Shown: positions 1 through 8,072 of the stretch, one piece after another | Numbering within the stretch: the first letter of the stretch is position 1 | Layout of the letters: each line of letters opens with the position of its first letter | IMG/VR virus record: IMGVR_UViG_3300031965_000362 | Span: 1 to 37,826 of that record | From: a virus | Lineage: Duplodnaviria > Caudoviricetes | Length of the DNA stretch: 37,826 nucleotides | Direction: 5' to 3' (one strand) | Translations under genes and position numbers: made by a program | The notes under the pieces: model-generated | What the model saw: only the letters and a program-made list of their open reading frames with translations | The model's database searches: none | Told to the model about the DNA's origin: nothing

Positions 1-1
1 G

Positions 2-1492
2 TTGCAGGACCGGATGAAGACCGTGTTCGACAAGCGGATTGACTTGAAGAGGGCTGAGACAGACATGCTCGCCCGCGATGTTCCGTGGGGGTCCCCCCCG
101 CCGGAGCAGGACCTTGGAAGCGGGGGGTATGGAACGAATCCGTCTGGTAGTGCAAAGAAGTCTGACATGATCGGTCTGACTATTAGTAAACCGGGCGGTA
201 GCTTCTACGATGGCCCCGGACCCCGTAAGGATGGCCGGATGTACCTCCCCCTGGAGGAAGTCTATGTCTACGACGATACGCAGCAGTTTGTAGCACGGTT
301 CATCGTTAAGGTGGGCAACAAGATTCTAATCGACGAGAACTTCGAGAAAGAGAACGTTCGGGTTGTGTGTCCCCTCCACGTGGCTCGGCATACGGACATT
401 GGCAAGATGTTTGCCAGGGGGTTCATAGCTCCGTTGATGCCGATGAATGACCAGATTGAGAAGATGTTGTCTTCGTTGTTCAAGAACGTGCAGGAGTTGG
501 ACATGTTTGGCACCCTGTTTATTCCGGGTGCTTCAGGAATTGACATTAAGAAGTGGCGAACGGGACCCCGCCCACGTGCGGAGAAGTTTGAGCCTGACCC
601 GTTGAATCCGAATCTCCAGCCCTTCGTGTTACAGCCCGCAACCAGCGGAAAGTTGCCCGGTGAAGTTGCCCAAGTGGCAAGTGGCATCATGGATAAGCTG
701 GCGGGTCAAGGTTCGGCTCTACGGGGTGAGGCGAGTGGCCGTGTTGACTCTGCCGCTGGGCTTGGCTTCCTGTTTAATACGGGAAACATTAGTCTTGCCC
801 TGCCTTCTCATGGGCTGGCTGACGCCCTGGCGGGTGTATATTCGCGGATGCTCCAAGTCGCTAAAGAGAGAATGCAGCCCGGGGACACCGTTAAACTCGC
901 CACGATTGATGATGCGATCGCCGGGGTGATTCTCGACCCGACTACGGGTATGCTAAGGTTGGCGGATAACCCGATTCCTCACCCGTGGGAAATTAAAGTT
1001 GATATCCGAGACCGTCAGCCCCGCGACCGTGAGGTCCGAAAACAAGAGTTGAAGGAACTGTTTGGGATGGGGCTTGTGGACCCGACCCGCTTCTGGATTA
1101 CCGTCATGGAGGAAAACCTGGACATGCCGGGTGCTCCCCGAGAGTTGTGGGAAACATGGCGGAAGGCAACGTGGCAGATTATCCAGTTGTTCCGAGACGG
1201 GCAGACTCCGGGTAACGTGGACATTGGTGAACATACTCAGAACCCGGACATTCAGCTCATCAAGCTCCAGGAGTTTATGAATAAGATCGAATATAGTTTG
1301 GCGAGTGAAGCCGTCCGAAAAGTGTTCGAGGTCTGGAAAATGGACCTGGAGATTCTGGCGGGTCAAAGGTTCCCGAGTGAACTCCCGCCGCCGGAAGAAG
1401 TTGCACAAATTGAAGCTGCTGGAGGTCAGCAGCGACCAGGATCACAGCAAATGGGCATTCCTCCGGGAATTACCCAGGGTGGTCCAGCTTAA
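2..1492 (+). CDS. Phage portal protein (5'-truncated by window edge)
   Basis: ORF runs in from the window edge and lies just upstream of the scaffold and capsid genes. Helical content and a Q/G/P-rich C-terminal tail fit podovirus-type portals. Assigned mainly by synteny. Confidence 0.75.
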   Translation: MQDRMKTVFDKRIDLKRAETDMLARDVPWGSPPPEQDLGSGGYGTNPSGSAKKSDMIGLTISKPGGSFYDGPGPRKDGRMYLPLEEVYVYDDTQQFVARFIVKVGNKILIDENFEKENVRVVCPLHVARHTDIGKMFARGFIAPLMPMNDQIEKMLSSLFKNVQELDMFGTLFIPGASGIDIKKWRTGPRPRAEKFEPDPLNPNLQPFVLQPATSGKLPGEVAQVASGIMDKLAGQGSALRGEASGRVDSAAGLGFLFNTGNISLALPSHGLADALAGVYSRMLQVAKERMQPGDTVKLATIDDAIAGVILDPTTGMLRLADNPIPHPWEIKVDIRDRQPRDREVRKQELKELFGMGLVDPTRFWITVMEENLDMPGAPRELWETWRKATWQIIQLFRDGQTPGNVDIGEHTQNPDIQLIKLQEFMNKIEYSLASEAVRKVFEVWKMDLEILAGQRFPSELPPPEEVAQIEAAGGQQRPGSQQMGIPPGITQGGPA

Positions 1493-1507
1493 CCAAGGAG
1501 AAGAAAG

Positions 1508-2458
1508 ATGCCAGATTCTACCCCCCAGGCGAATCAGGAACGTCACACGCCAGGTGCGTCGGATGACAGCGGCCTGATTCAGATTCCAAGCTCGCAGGTC
1601 CACCCGGCCCTAGCGAACTCTCCCCACCCAGATCAGAGCCGTACCTTTAACGTACAGGTCAACGGTCGGACGGAACAATGGGGCATAGACAAGTTGATTG
1701 CCGAGGCCCAACAGGGGGCGGCGGGACGTGAGAAGTTCCAGGAAGCCGCAGAAATTAGGCGAGAGGCTTCGAAGGCTATGGCCCTCAAAGAGGACATGGA
1801 GATGGTTTTTCAGGACGGCGATGTTGACGCCTTTCGTCGTCTCGGGGCGGCGATGGGGGTATCCGGCAATGAAGTCGAGAGGATCGCCCAACAGACATTT
1901 TCGGACGATGATGATGACGATGATGACGATGATGCAGTGGAGAGCTACAATCGTCAAGTGCAACAAGGAAGAAATAAAGTGACACAGCAAGATACTGGGC
2001 CAGTGGACTACGGGAGGCTGTCTCCCGACCTCCAGCGGGTCCTAAGAGAGTCCGAGAGGGCCAGAATTGACGGAATTGTCAATCTCGCACTTGACAAAGA
2101 TGAAATTATAGGCTATAATATGAAGGCTCACAGTCCTGAGGGACGTGCAGCCATTCGAGGATTCGTGGATGAAAAGATTCGCGGGCGACTCGACCAGTAC
2201 GGCGGCGACTTTGGAGACGGGACCCGTATCCTTGCGGAGATTCTACCTGAAATCAGGGGACACCTGCAAGCTCTCGGCACCCCCGGTTCGAGGACCCACG
2301 CGGGCCTCGGCCATGCTCCAGGCGGCGGCGATACAGAAGTCTACCCTAAGAAAATGCCAGACCACGTCCCATCCACTGACGGTGATAACTTCGAGCAGAA
2401 TATCCTGGAGACTATGGCCTACCACCAAGTCCAGGCTGAACGAGGACGCCAACAGTAG
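1508..2458 (+). CDS. Capsid scaffolding protein
   Basis: Lies between portal and capsid, with SD AAGGAG. Contains a VQVNGRTEQW..L..AQQG segment typical of scaffolds, charged helices and a poly-Asp run. Confidence 0.7.
   Translation: MPDSTPQANQERHTPGASDDSGLIQIPSSQVHPALANSPHPDQSRTFNVQVNGRTEQWGIDKLIAEAQQGAAGREKFQEAAEIRREASKAMALKEDMEMVFQDGDVDAFRRLGAAMGVSGNEVERIAQQTFSDDDDDDDDDDAVESYNRQVQQGRNKVTQQDTGPVDYGRLSPDLQRVLRESERARIDGIVNLALDKDEIIGYNMKAHSPEGRAAIRGFVDEKIRGRLDQYGGDFGDGTRILAEILPEIRGHLQALGTPGSRTHAGLGHAPGGGDTEVYPKKMPDHVPSTDGDNFEQNILETMAYHQVQAERGRQQ
2091..2119 (+). promoter_or_regulatory. Consensus sigma70 promoter inside the scaffold gene
   Basis: TTGACA (2091-2096), 17 bp spacer, TATAAT (2114-2119), about 410 bp upstream of the capsid start. 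Confidence 0.75.
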
Positions 2459-2461
2459 GTT

Positions 2462-2493
2462 TGGACCAACCGGGGTCCAGTAAAACGCCCGGT
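2462..2493 (+). promoter_or_regulatory. Predicted H-type RNA pseudoknot in the capsid leader
   Basis: Stem 1 TGGACC 2462-2467 / GGTCCA 2474-2479. Stem 2 ACCGG 2469-2473 / CCGGT 2489-2493. 1-nt loop 1 and A-rich 9-nt loop 3. Confidence 0.45.
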
Positions 2494-2528
2494 CAACAGT
2501 GTGCTCTTGGTAGAACAAGGATAGCTAA

Positions 2529-4040
2529 ATGGCTACAATTACTGATGCTGTCCAACTCACCTTGGAGGAAAAGATTGTTCCTACGATCTTTGAGTCTCTT
2601 TGGGAATTGGACCCAATCTATCCGATGATTCGACGCTCCAGCATGGGCGTCGTCCGCAATCGCGGCATCGGTCGGGGTTGGAACGTTCTCAAAACTTGGG
2701 TTACTGGTGTAGCCGGTGGTGCCAAGTTTATGTCCGCACAGGGTGGAAACGTCCTGTCCGGGTCTCTCGGCTACAATATGTACGATACTCCCCAGTCGTT
2801 CCAGGCGGTTGATGAAACCACTGCTCCGGCGTTCGTGCAATCCACGGTTGGGCTCATCGAGCACCGGGGCAACTTCTATCTTCCCCACCAGATTCTGCGT
2901 GCGGATAGGTTGAATGCCTCCATCGGCTCGGTTGTAGCTCAAAACTTGAAGGGTGTTGCGGACCTCCTGGCTCAACAGGAAGCCGCGATCTTCTACAGTT
3001 CCTCGGCTAGTACGGGTGAACTGGCTGGTATTGGTGACACGTCGGCAAACGTAACGGATAAGACTTCACCTACTACGGACACGTCGGTGATGCTCTTTGA
3101 CCTGTCGGGTACCAGTGCGAGCGGTCGTGTTCATCACTTCCGCACGGGTATGATGGTTGACCTGTACGACAGCACGGGCACCACGAAACGTAACGTCGGC
3201 TACTTTCTCGTAATCGACAACGTGGACTCGCTTGCCGATACAATCCATGTCCGTCGGGCAGACGGTGGAACTTTCCAGACTACGACCACTCTCGGTGGCG
3301 GCGTGACCTATGCCGGTGCCGGGGGCGATAACGATATCTTCGTTATCAAGGATTCGGTCAATCAGTCCCCTAAGGGCTTGGAGTCTTGGATCGCCGACGG
3401 CTCGACCGTCACGGACTTCTTTGGCATCGACGTTCGGAACTATTCTCAGTTCCGCTCGTACGTTCCGAGTTCGATTGGTGCGGCTCTGACGGAGACGGTT
3501 CTGAACAAGCACTTTGCGAAGTTCTACGAGTCGTTCCCCGGGCAGAAGGTTGACACCATGCTGACGACGATGGGCGTCCTCATCGGCTTTATTGATAACC
3601 TCGATAGTTACAATAACGCTGTTGCCAGTCAGCCGGGTCGTTTCCGCTATGACCGCAATGGTATGCCGGTCACGGTTGACGCCGGGTGGGAATCGTTCCG
3701 ATATCGGTTCGCGTCCCGGGCAGTTGAAATCTTCACCTCTACCTACGCCAACTCTGGTACTGCCTACTGTGGCAAGATCAAAGGCGGCGGTCTGACCCGC
3801 TACGTCCCCCCGCCCATTCCGGGTGCTAAGGTGGACTCGCGGTTTGGCACTGAGGTAGAGTTCGTGGCTCCCATCGGCGGGTCCGGTGGGATGCAGGGCA
3901 TCTTCAAGCACGCCCACGGCACAACGGGTTCGACCACCGATTTCGTGGAAGCTCCCTTCTTGCGTCAGTGGAACGTCATGCCGGGACCCCAGTCGAAAAA
4001 CTGGATGAAGCTCTCCGGTATCACTGAAGTACTCGGTTAA
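2529..4040 (+). CDS. Major capsid protein (HK97 fold, with probable insertion domain)
   Basis: 503 aa, follows the scaffold, has SD AAGGA and a terminator-like hairpin downstream. N-terminus MATITDAVQLTLEE and G/T-rich beta segments fit a capsid protein. Confidence 0.8.
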   Translation: MATITDAVQLTLEEKIVPTIFESLWELDPIYPMIRRSSMGVVRNRGIGRGWNVLKTWVTGVAGGAKFMSAQGGNVLSGSLGYNMYDTPQSFQAVDETTAPAFVQSTVGLIEHRGNFYLPHQILRADRLNASIGSVVAQNLKGVADLLAQQEAAIFYSSSASTGELAGIGDTSANVTDKTSPTTDTSVMLFDLSGTSASGRVHHFRTGMMVDLYDSTGTTKRNVGYFLVIDNVDSLADTIHVRRADGGTFQTTTTLGGGVTYAGAGGDNDIFVIKDSVNQSPKGLESWIADGSTVTDFFGIDVRNYSQFRSYVPSSIGAALTETVLNKHFAKFYESFPGQKVDTMLTTMGVLIGFIDNLDSYNNAVASQPGRFRYDRNGMPVTVDAGWESFRYRFASRAVEIFTSTYANSGTAYCGKIKGGGLTRYVPPPIPGAKVDSRFGTEVEFVAPIGGSGGMQGIFKHAHGTTGSTTDFVEAPFLRQWNVMPGPQSKNWMKLSGITEVLG

Positions 4041-4061
4041 ACAAAGCCTCCTCCTCCCACG

Positions 4062-4103
4062 CGAAGCCGGGTTTGGGCCTGTCCCGGCCCGGCTTCGTTG
4101 TTT
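4062..4103 (+). terminator. Intrinsic terminator-like hairpin after the capsid gene
   Basis: CGAAGCCGGG (4062-4071) pairs with CCCGGCTTCG (4088-4097), followed by TTGTTT. Confidence 0.6.
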
Positions 4104-4122
4104 GGGGGGTAATTCGTCACAA

Positions 4123-4135
4123 CTCATTCCCATTC
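4123..4135 (-). repeat. GAATGGGAATGAG motif copy 1
   Basis: CTCATTCCCATTC on the + strand, just upstream of the ATG at 4148. Confidence 0.9.
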
Positions 4136-4147
4136 AAGGGGCCCCTT

Positions 4148-4579
4148 ATGTCAACCACGACCCTTCGCTCCAGTACCCACGTCATTAAGGACACCCCCGT
4201 AGCTCGGATGTTTCGCCGTCGCCTAAAGTTCGACGATATTGTCACCTTCTGGTCAGGCGAGACGGGCGAATGGGTGCTCGGATACTGGATCGACAAGCGT
4301 ATTCACCTGGTCGATGAGATGGAAGACTTAGGGATGTCCTTCGAGAAGGTTACACCAGAACTGGTCGAACAGATTGTCTACTGCTGGAAGACGATAAACT
4401 GGCAAGAGAAGAAGAAGCGTCTGGTCTCGAAAGAGCGGGACCGCATACGTGAGGAGAACGACACCCTCCAGCAAGAGCAGGAGAAGTGGGACTGGGCAAA
4501 GAAGCGACTGACGAATAAAGGACTGGCTCCCATTCCCTACGCCTTTGAGACCCCAATTTCAGGGGGCCAGGTACAGTAA
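4148..4579 (+). CDS. Hypothetical protein in the virion module
   Basis: ATG 4148 (MSTTTLRSS) preferred over the upstream ORF-track start, which lies in the hairpin. Stop abuts the next start at 4580. Confidence 0.6.
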   Translation: MSTTTLRSSTHVIKDTPVARMFRRRLKFDDIVTFWSGETGEWVLGYWIDKRIHLVDEMEDLGMSFEKVTPELVEQIVYCWKTINWQEKKKRLVSKERDRIREENDTLQQEQEKWDWAKKRLTNKGLAPIPYAFETPISGGQVQ

Positions 4580-5656
4580 ATGGCTACATATTACGTTGAT
4601 GGAGCTATGGGCGACGATGGGAATGCCGGTACCTCGGAAGGGTCCGGGAACGCCTGGGCCACCATAGACAAGGCCATGAATACGGTGGCTGCCGGGGACA
4701 TAGTATTCGTCAAGTCCTCCGCTACCTATACTGAATTAGTAACGATTGATACGGTTGGGACTACCACTGCTCCCATCCTGTTTATTGGCTATACGACGAC
4801 GGCTGATCGAACCGATCGTGGCAAGGTAACAATCGATGCGGAATCGAGCCGGGCGAACTGCATAGTAAGTACTCTAACGAGCAACACTTTCTATGTCTTC
4901 GAAAACTTCATCCTTAAAAATGCCACGGGTAACGGGTATTCCGCGATAAATACTGATCAGATGACCTTCCGAAACTGTGAGTTCAACGACAATGGTGGTG
5001 ATGGGTTGGTCTCGGACGACGGGCTGATGGTGGAATCCTGTATCTTTTCAGGAAACGCAGGTGACGGTATTGATTGTGATGCCAATGCCCAAATATATGG
5101 TAGCCGGTTCCTAAGTAATGGGGCTACCGGAGTCACTCTCATCACGGGGGTCGTGTGGGGATGTACCTTCTTTGACAGTGGTTCCGACGCCATTACGTTC
5201 TTAGGGGCCAATACTGCCATAAATGCCGTCATTAACTGCACAATTGACGGCAATTCAAAAAACTCTACTACTGGAATTCGATTTGGTGCATCATTCTGGG
5301 GTCCCTATGTGGCAATAAACAACATCATCTACGATTGTATCACTGGAATAAGCGGCCATGACAACGGGGGCGGGAGATTTATTGGTCGCAATAACTTACT
5401 GAACTCAAACACTACCGACTACGCTAATACGGGCTATGAGACTCTAGTGGGAGAAGTGACGGGTGCTCCCGAGTTTACGGATGAGGCCGCTAATGACTAT
5501 ACACTGGGGGCGGGAAGTCCGGCCCTGAATGCCGGGTTCGACGGCTACGAGACCGGGGGGACTACTCAGCGGGCGGATATCGGGGCCTTCGAGTCCACGG
5601 CGGCTGGCGGGGGAGGGGGCGGAGTCAGCCCCTCGAAGCGGGCAGGAAAGCAGTAA
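4580..5656 (+). CDS. Right-handed parallel beta-helix (pectin lyase-like) protein, putative receptor-binding protein or depolymerase
   Basis: N-terminal TYYVD..GDD.N.GT....W.TI..A motif, repeated C.F..N..DG beta-helix rungs, C-terminal GSPALNAG...DIGAFE. Confidence 0.75.
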   Translation: MATYYVDGAMGDDGNAGTSEGSGNAWATIDKAMNTVAAGDIVFVKSSATYTELVTIDTVGTTTAPILFIGYTTTADRTDRGKVTIDAESSRANCIVSTLTSNTFYVFENFILKNATGNGYSAINTDQMTFRNCEFNDNGGDGLVSDDGLMVESCIFSGNAGDGIDCDANAQIYGSRFLSNGATGVTLITGVVWGCTFFDSGSDAITFLGANTAINAVINCTIDGNSKNSTTGIRFGASFWGPYVAINNIIYDCITGISGHDNGGGRFIGRNNLLNSNTTDYANTGYETLVGEVTGAPEFTDEAANDYTLGAGSPALNAGFDGYETGGTTQRADIGAFESTAAGGGGGGVSPSKRAGKQ

Positions 5657-7635
5657 TGCCGCAAATCAAAGATGACACTACGAATGTGACTCGGTACATC
5701 ATGGTACTGGATTCCTCGGGGTCGGCTGTTACCGGAGCAACCATCACTAACTTTGACCTCCAGTACACGCGGGCCGGTGTCGCTCCAGCCACTAAAGCGG
5801 ATGCCACGGCTCTTGCGGCTACGGACTCGGCCCACGCCGACAATAAGATGATAGAGATTGATGGCACGTCCTCTCCTGGTCTGTACCGGGTTGACTGGCC
5901 GGATGCTGCCTTTGCCACGGGGGTTGATCATGTCATCTTGACTGTGACGAACCCGACGGACTCGGCGGTTCCGGCGGTCGAAGAAATCTCCCTGGTCGGG
6001 AACGTGGTCGCGGACGTTGTAGATTCCAGCGGGCGTGTCGATGTGGGTCTCTGGTTGGGGACAGCCGTCACTCTGTCGGCTACGACCACTCTTCCGGAAG
6101 TTGACGTGGCCTCCGTGAGTGATGACGCCACCGCTGCCAATAATCTTGAACTCCAATACGATACCACGGGACTCACGGGAGATACTTTCCCGGCAACTCA
6201 GGCCCATAGTACCCGCATCTTCGCAGGAACCAGCACGGCCAGTTCCACCGCATCCAAGGTGTTCGTACAGGCTGGCGACCCCCCGTCCGGGGGGGCTGAC
6301 GATGATTACAACGATACTATTATCATCGTATGGGACGGGACCGATAAGACCACGGCCCGAGTTGCTGTCCGCTCCGTTACAGATTACGACGATTCTGATC
6401 CGTCATTTACTTTGGATTCGGACCTTCCGTTCACGCCGGGATCGGGGGACTTGGTGGAAGTGTATGCTGCGAATGCGGCTGATCTTGCTGCTCTTAGCAA
6501 GCTGGCCAGCGGGTTCGCGGCGACTGCCCCTGATCGACTAATTGATTATCTTCGTGCGATGATGTCGAAGACCGCTACGGCCCCAACCACTGGGACGGGC
6601 ACGTATAGCCCGGCGACCGATAGCTTGGAACACTTAGGTGAAAGCCTGGACCTAATGGCCGGGTCAGGCTTTGCCACTGGTACGGACAGCCTAAAGGAGA
6701 TTCGGGACGCCATTGACACTCTGGTTGCCCCATCTGTGGTTAGTTCGTCCGCTCTCTCGGGTAGCGGCTTTCTTTCCGATTGTGTGTCCCTTATTCGTAA
6801 AGCAACCGATGAGCCGGGCACTAATCCCAAGTATACCGATGGGGACATTGTCGAACTCCTCCAGGCTGCCATAGATGCGGTTCTTACTGACATCGACGTG
6901 AATACTGACCACCCCATTATGATTCGGCATACGATCACCTTGGTGTCCGGGGAACAGGACTATATCCTACCTCCACAGGTGGGCGAATTGATACGAGTAA
7001 CCAAGGAGAATACATCGACGGGGTTGCCCGAGTACGAGAGTTGGCCGGGCTCGTATCAGGACCCGTCCCGAAAAGGATGGAAACTTGAGGGCAATGTTCT
7101 TCGTCTACTTGCCGATTGGATTTCGACTGAGACCTTGACCCTACTGTACCACCCGAATGCTGAGCCCCTTATCCACAAGGCTACCGCAAGTGCCATCGAC
7201 GCTGACACCGTAACCTTCCCCACATCGGTGACGGATGGTACGCTGGGAACCAGGCCGAATGAGTACGTGGGGATGATTATACGCATCCTCTCTTCTACGC
7301 AAGGATACCAGGAGGAGCGGTTGATTACGGCCTATGACGTGACAACTCGTATAGCTACAATCAACAAGGCATGGGATGTCACCCCTACCGGAACAGTCGT
7401 CTATGAGGTTGTCCCGGTCTTTGGGCGACTGATTAAGCACGTAGTGTCCCTGCGGGCTGCCCTGGACTTACTCTCTCAAGAGGGCAACTCTCAGAGGATG
7501 TCCACGCTTGAGAGGAACTACATGCTCAAGTTGTCGGCGATGCGGCGAGCAATCAGTAAGAAAGAGGCCCGCTTCCCCCACCACTTTGATGGTGATACGT
7601 GGGACAATTCGAATCGGGGAGGCTACGGATACTAG
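5656..7635 (+). CDS. Head-tail adaptor (tail tubular protein A-like) with long N-terminal extension
   Basis: TAATG coupling to the upstream gene. The C-terminal ~290 aa (IRKATDEP..KYTD.DIVELLQ.A..; TITLVSGEQDYILP) resembles podovirus adaptor proteins. N-terminal half is T/D/S/A-rich. Confidence 0.6.
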   Translation: MPQIKDDTTNVTRYIMVLDSSGSAVTGATITNFDLQYTRAGVAPATKADATALAATDSAHADNKMIEIDGTSSPGLYRVDWPDAAFATGVDHVILTVTNPTDSAVPAVEEISLVGNVVADVVDSSGRVDVGLWLGTAVTLSATTTLPEVDVASVSDDATAANNLELQYDTTGLTGDTFPATQAHSTRIFAGTSTASSTASKVFVQAGDPPSGGADDDYNDTIIIVWDGTDKTTARVAVRSVTDYDDSDPSFTLDSDLPFTPGSGDLVEVYAANAADLAALSKLASGFAATAPDRLIDYLRAMMSKTATAPTTGTGTYSPATDSLEHLGESLDLMAGSGFATGTDSLKEIRDAIDTLVAPSVVSSSALSGSGFLSDCVSLIRKATDEPGTNPKYTDGDIVELLQAAIDAVLTDIDVNTDHPIMIRHTITLVSGEQDYILPPQVGELIRVTKENTSTGLPEYESWPGSYQDPSRKGWKLEGNVLRLLADWISTETLTLLYHPNAEPLIHKATASAIDADTVTFPTSVTDGTLGTRPNEYVGMIIRILSSTQGYQEERLITAYDVTTRIATINKAWDVTPTGTVVYEVVPVFGRLIKHVVSLRAALDLLSQEGNSQRMSTLERNYMLKLSAMRRAISKKEARFPHHFDGDTWDNSNRGGYGY

Positions 7636-7637
7636 AC

Positions 7638-8072
7638 ATGAGATTTTGGAATCCCATAAGTAACCCCGATCACAGACAGAACCGGCAGAGAAGTGCTATC
7701 CGGGGCGTTCCTCCGGCGTCACAGTTCGGACAACGCCCCATGTTCAGTCGGGCCGATCAGGAACAGGAGCCCGCCCAAAGTGCCATGGCCCCCGAGTCTC
7801 GCCTTGACGACCTGGTGCCCACCGACGAAGGCCCCCATTCTGAATCCCGGGCTGATCTGATTGGTAGAAATGCAGAGAACCCGGTCTTCCTTACTTACTC
7901 GGTGGACAATGTAAGTGGAACCCCAACGGAGGCGGAGATTGAGGCGGTGTTCGGTGCCCGAGGTAATGGGTTCATTGGGTTCATCTCGGATGGGGGCGGA
8001 GCCGGAAAGATTTGGATTTGTCTCCGGTATGATGTATACTGGTTCTTTGTGGGAATGACTCGGGCCACCTAA
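7638..8072 (+). CDS. Hypothetical tail-module protein
   Basis: ATG 7638 (MRFWNP) follows the upstream stop; its stop overlaps the next start (TAATG). Confidence 0.6.
   Translation: MRFWNPISNPDHRQNRQRSAIRGVPPASQFGQRPMFSRADQEQEPAQSAMAPESRLDDLVPTDEGPHSESRADLIGRNAENPVFLTYSVDNVSGTPTEAEIEAVFGARGNGFIGFISDGGGAGKIWICLRYDVYWFFVGMTRAT

Noticed and set aside
1904-1933. GAT/GAC microsatellite-like run
   Set aside because: It encodes poly-Asp with mixed codons in the scaffold, so it is not a phase-variation tract.
2456-2529. Stop-codon readthrough or frameshift fusing scaffold to capsid, stimulated by the pseudoknot
   Set aside because: Readthrough meets an in-frame TAG at 2522-2524, the capsid frame has a TAA at 2481-2483, and there is no slippery heptamer.
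3066-4133. 355-aa antisense ORF
   Set aside because: It shadows the capsid gene and shows no recognisable motifs.
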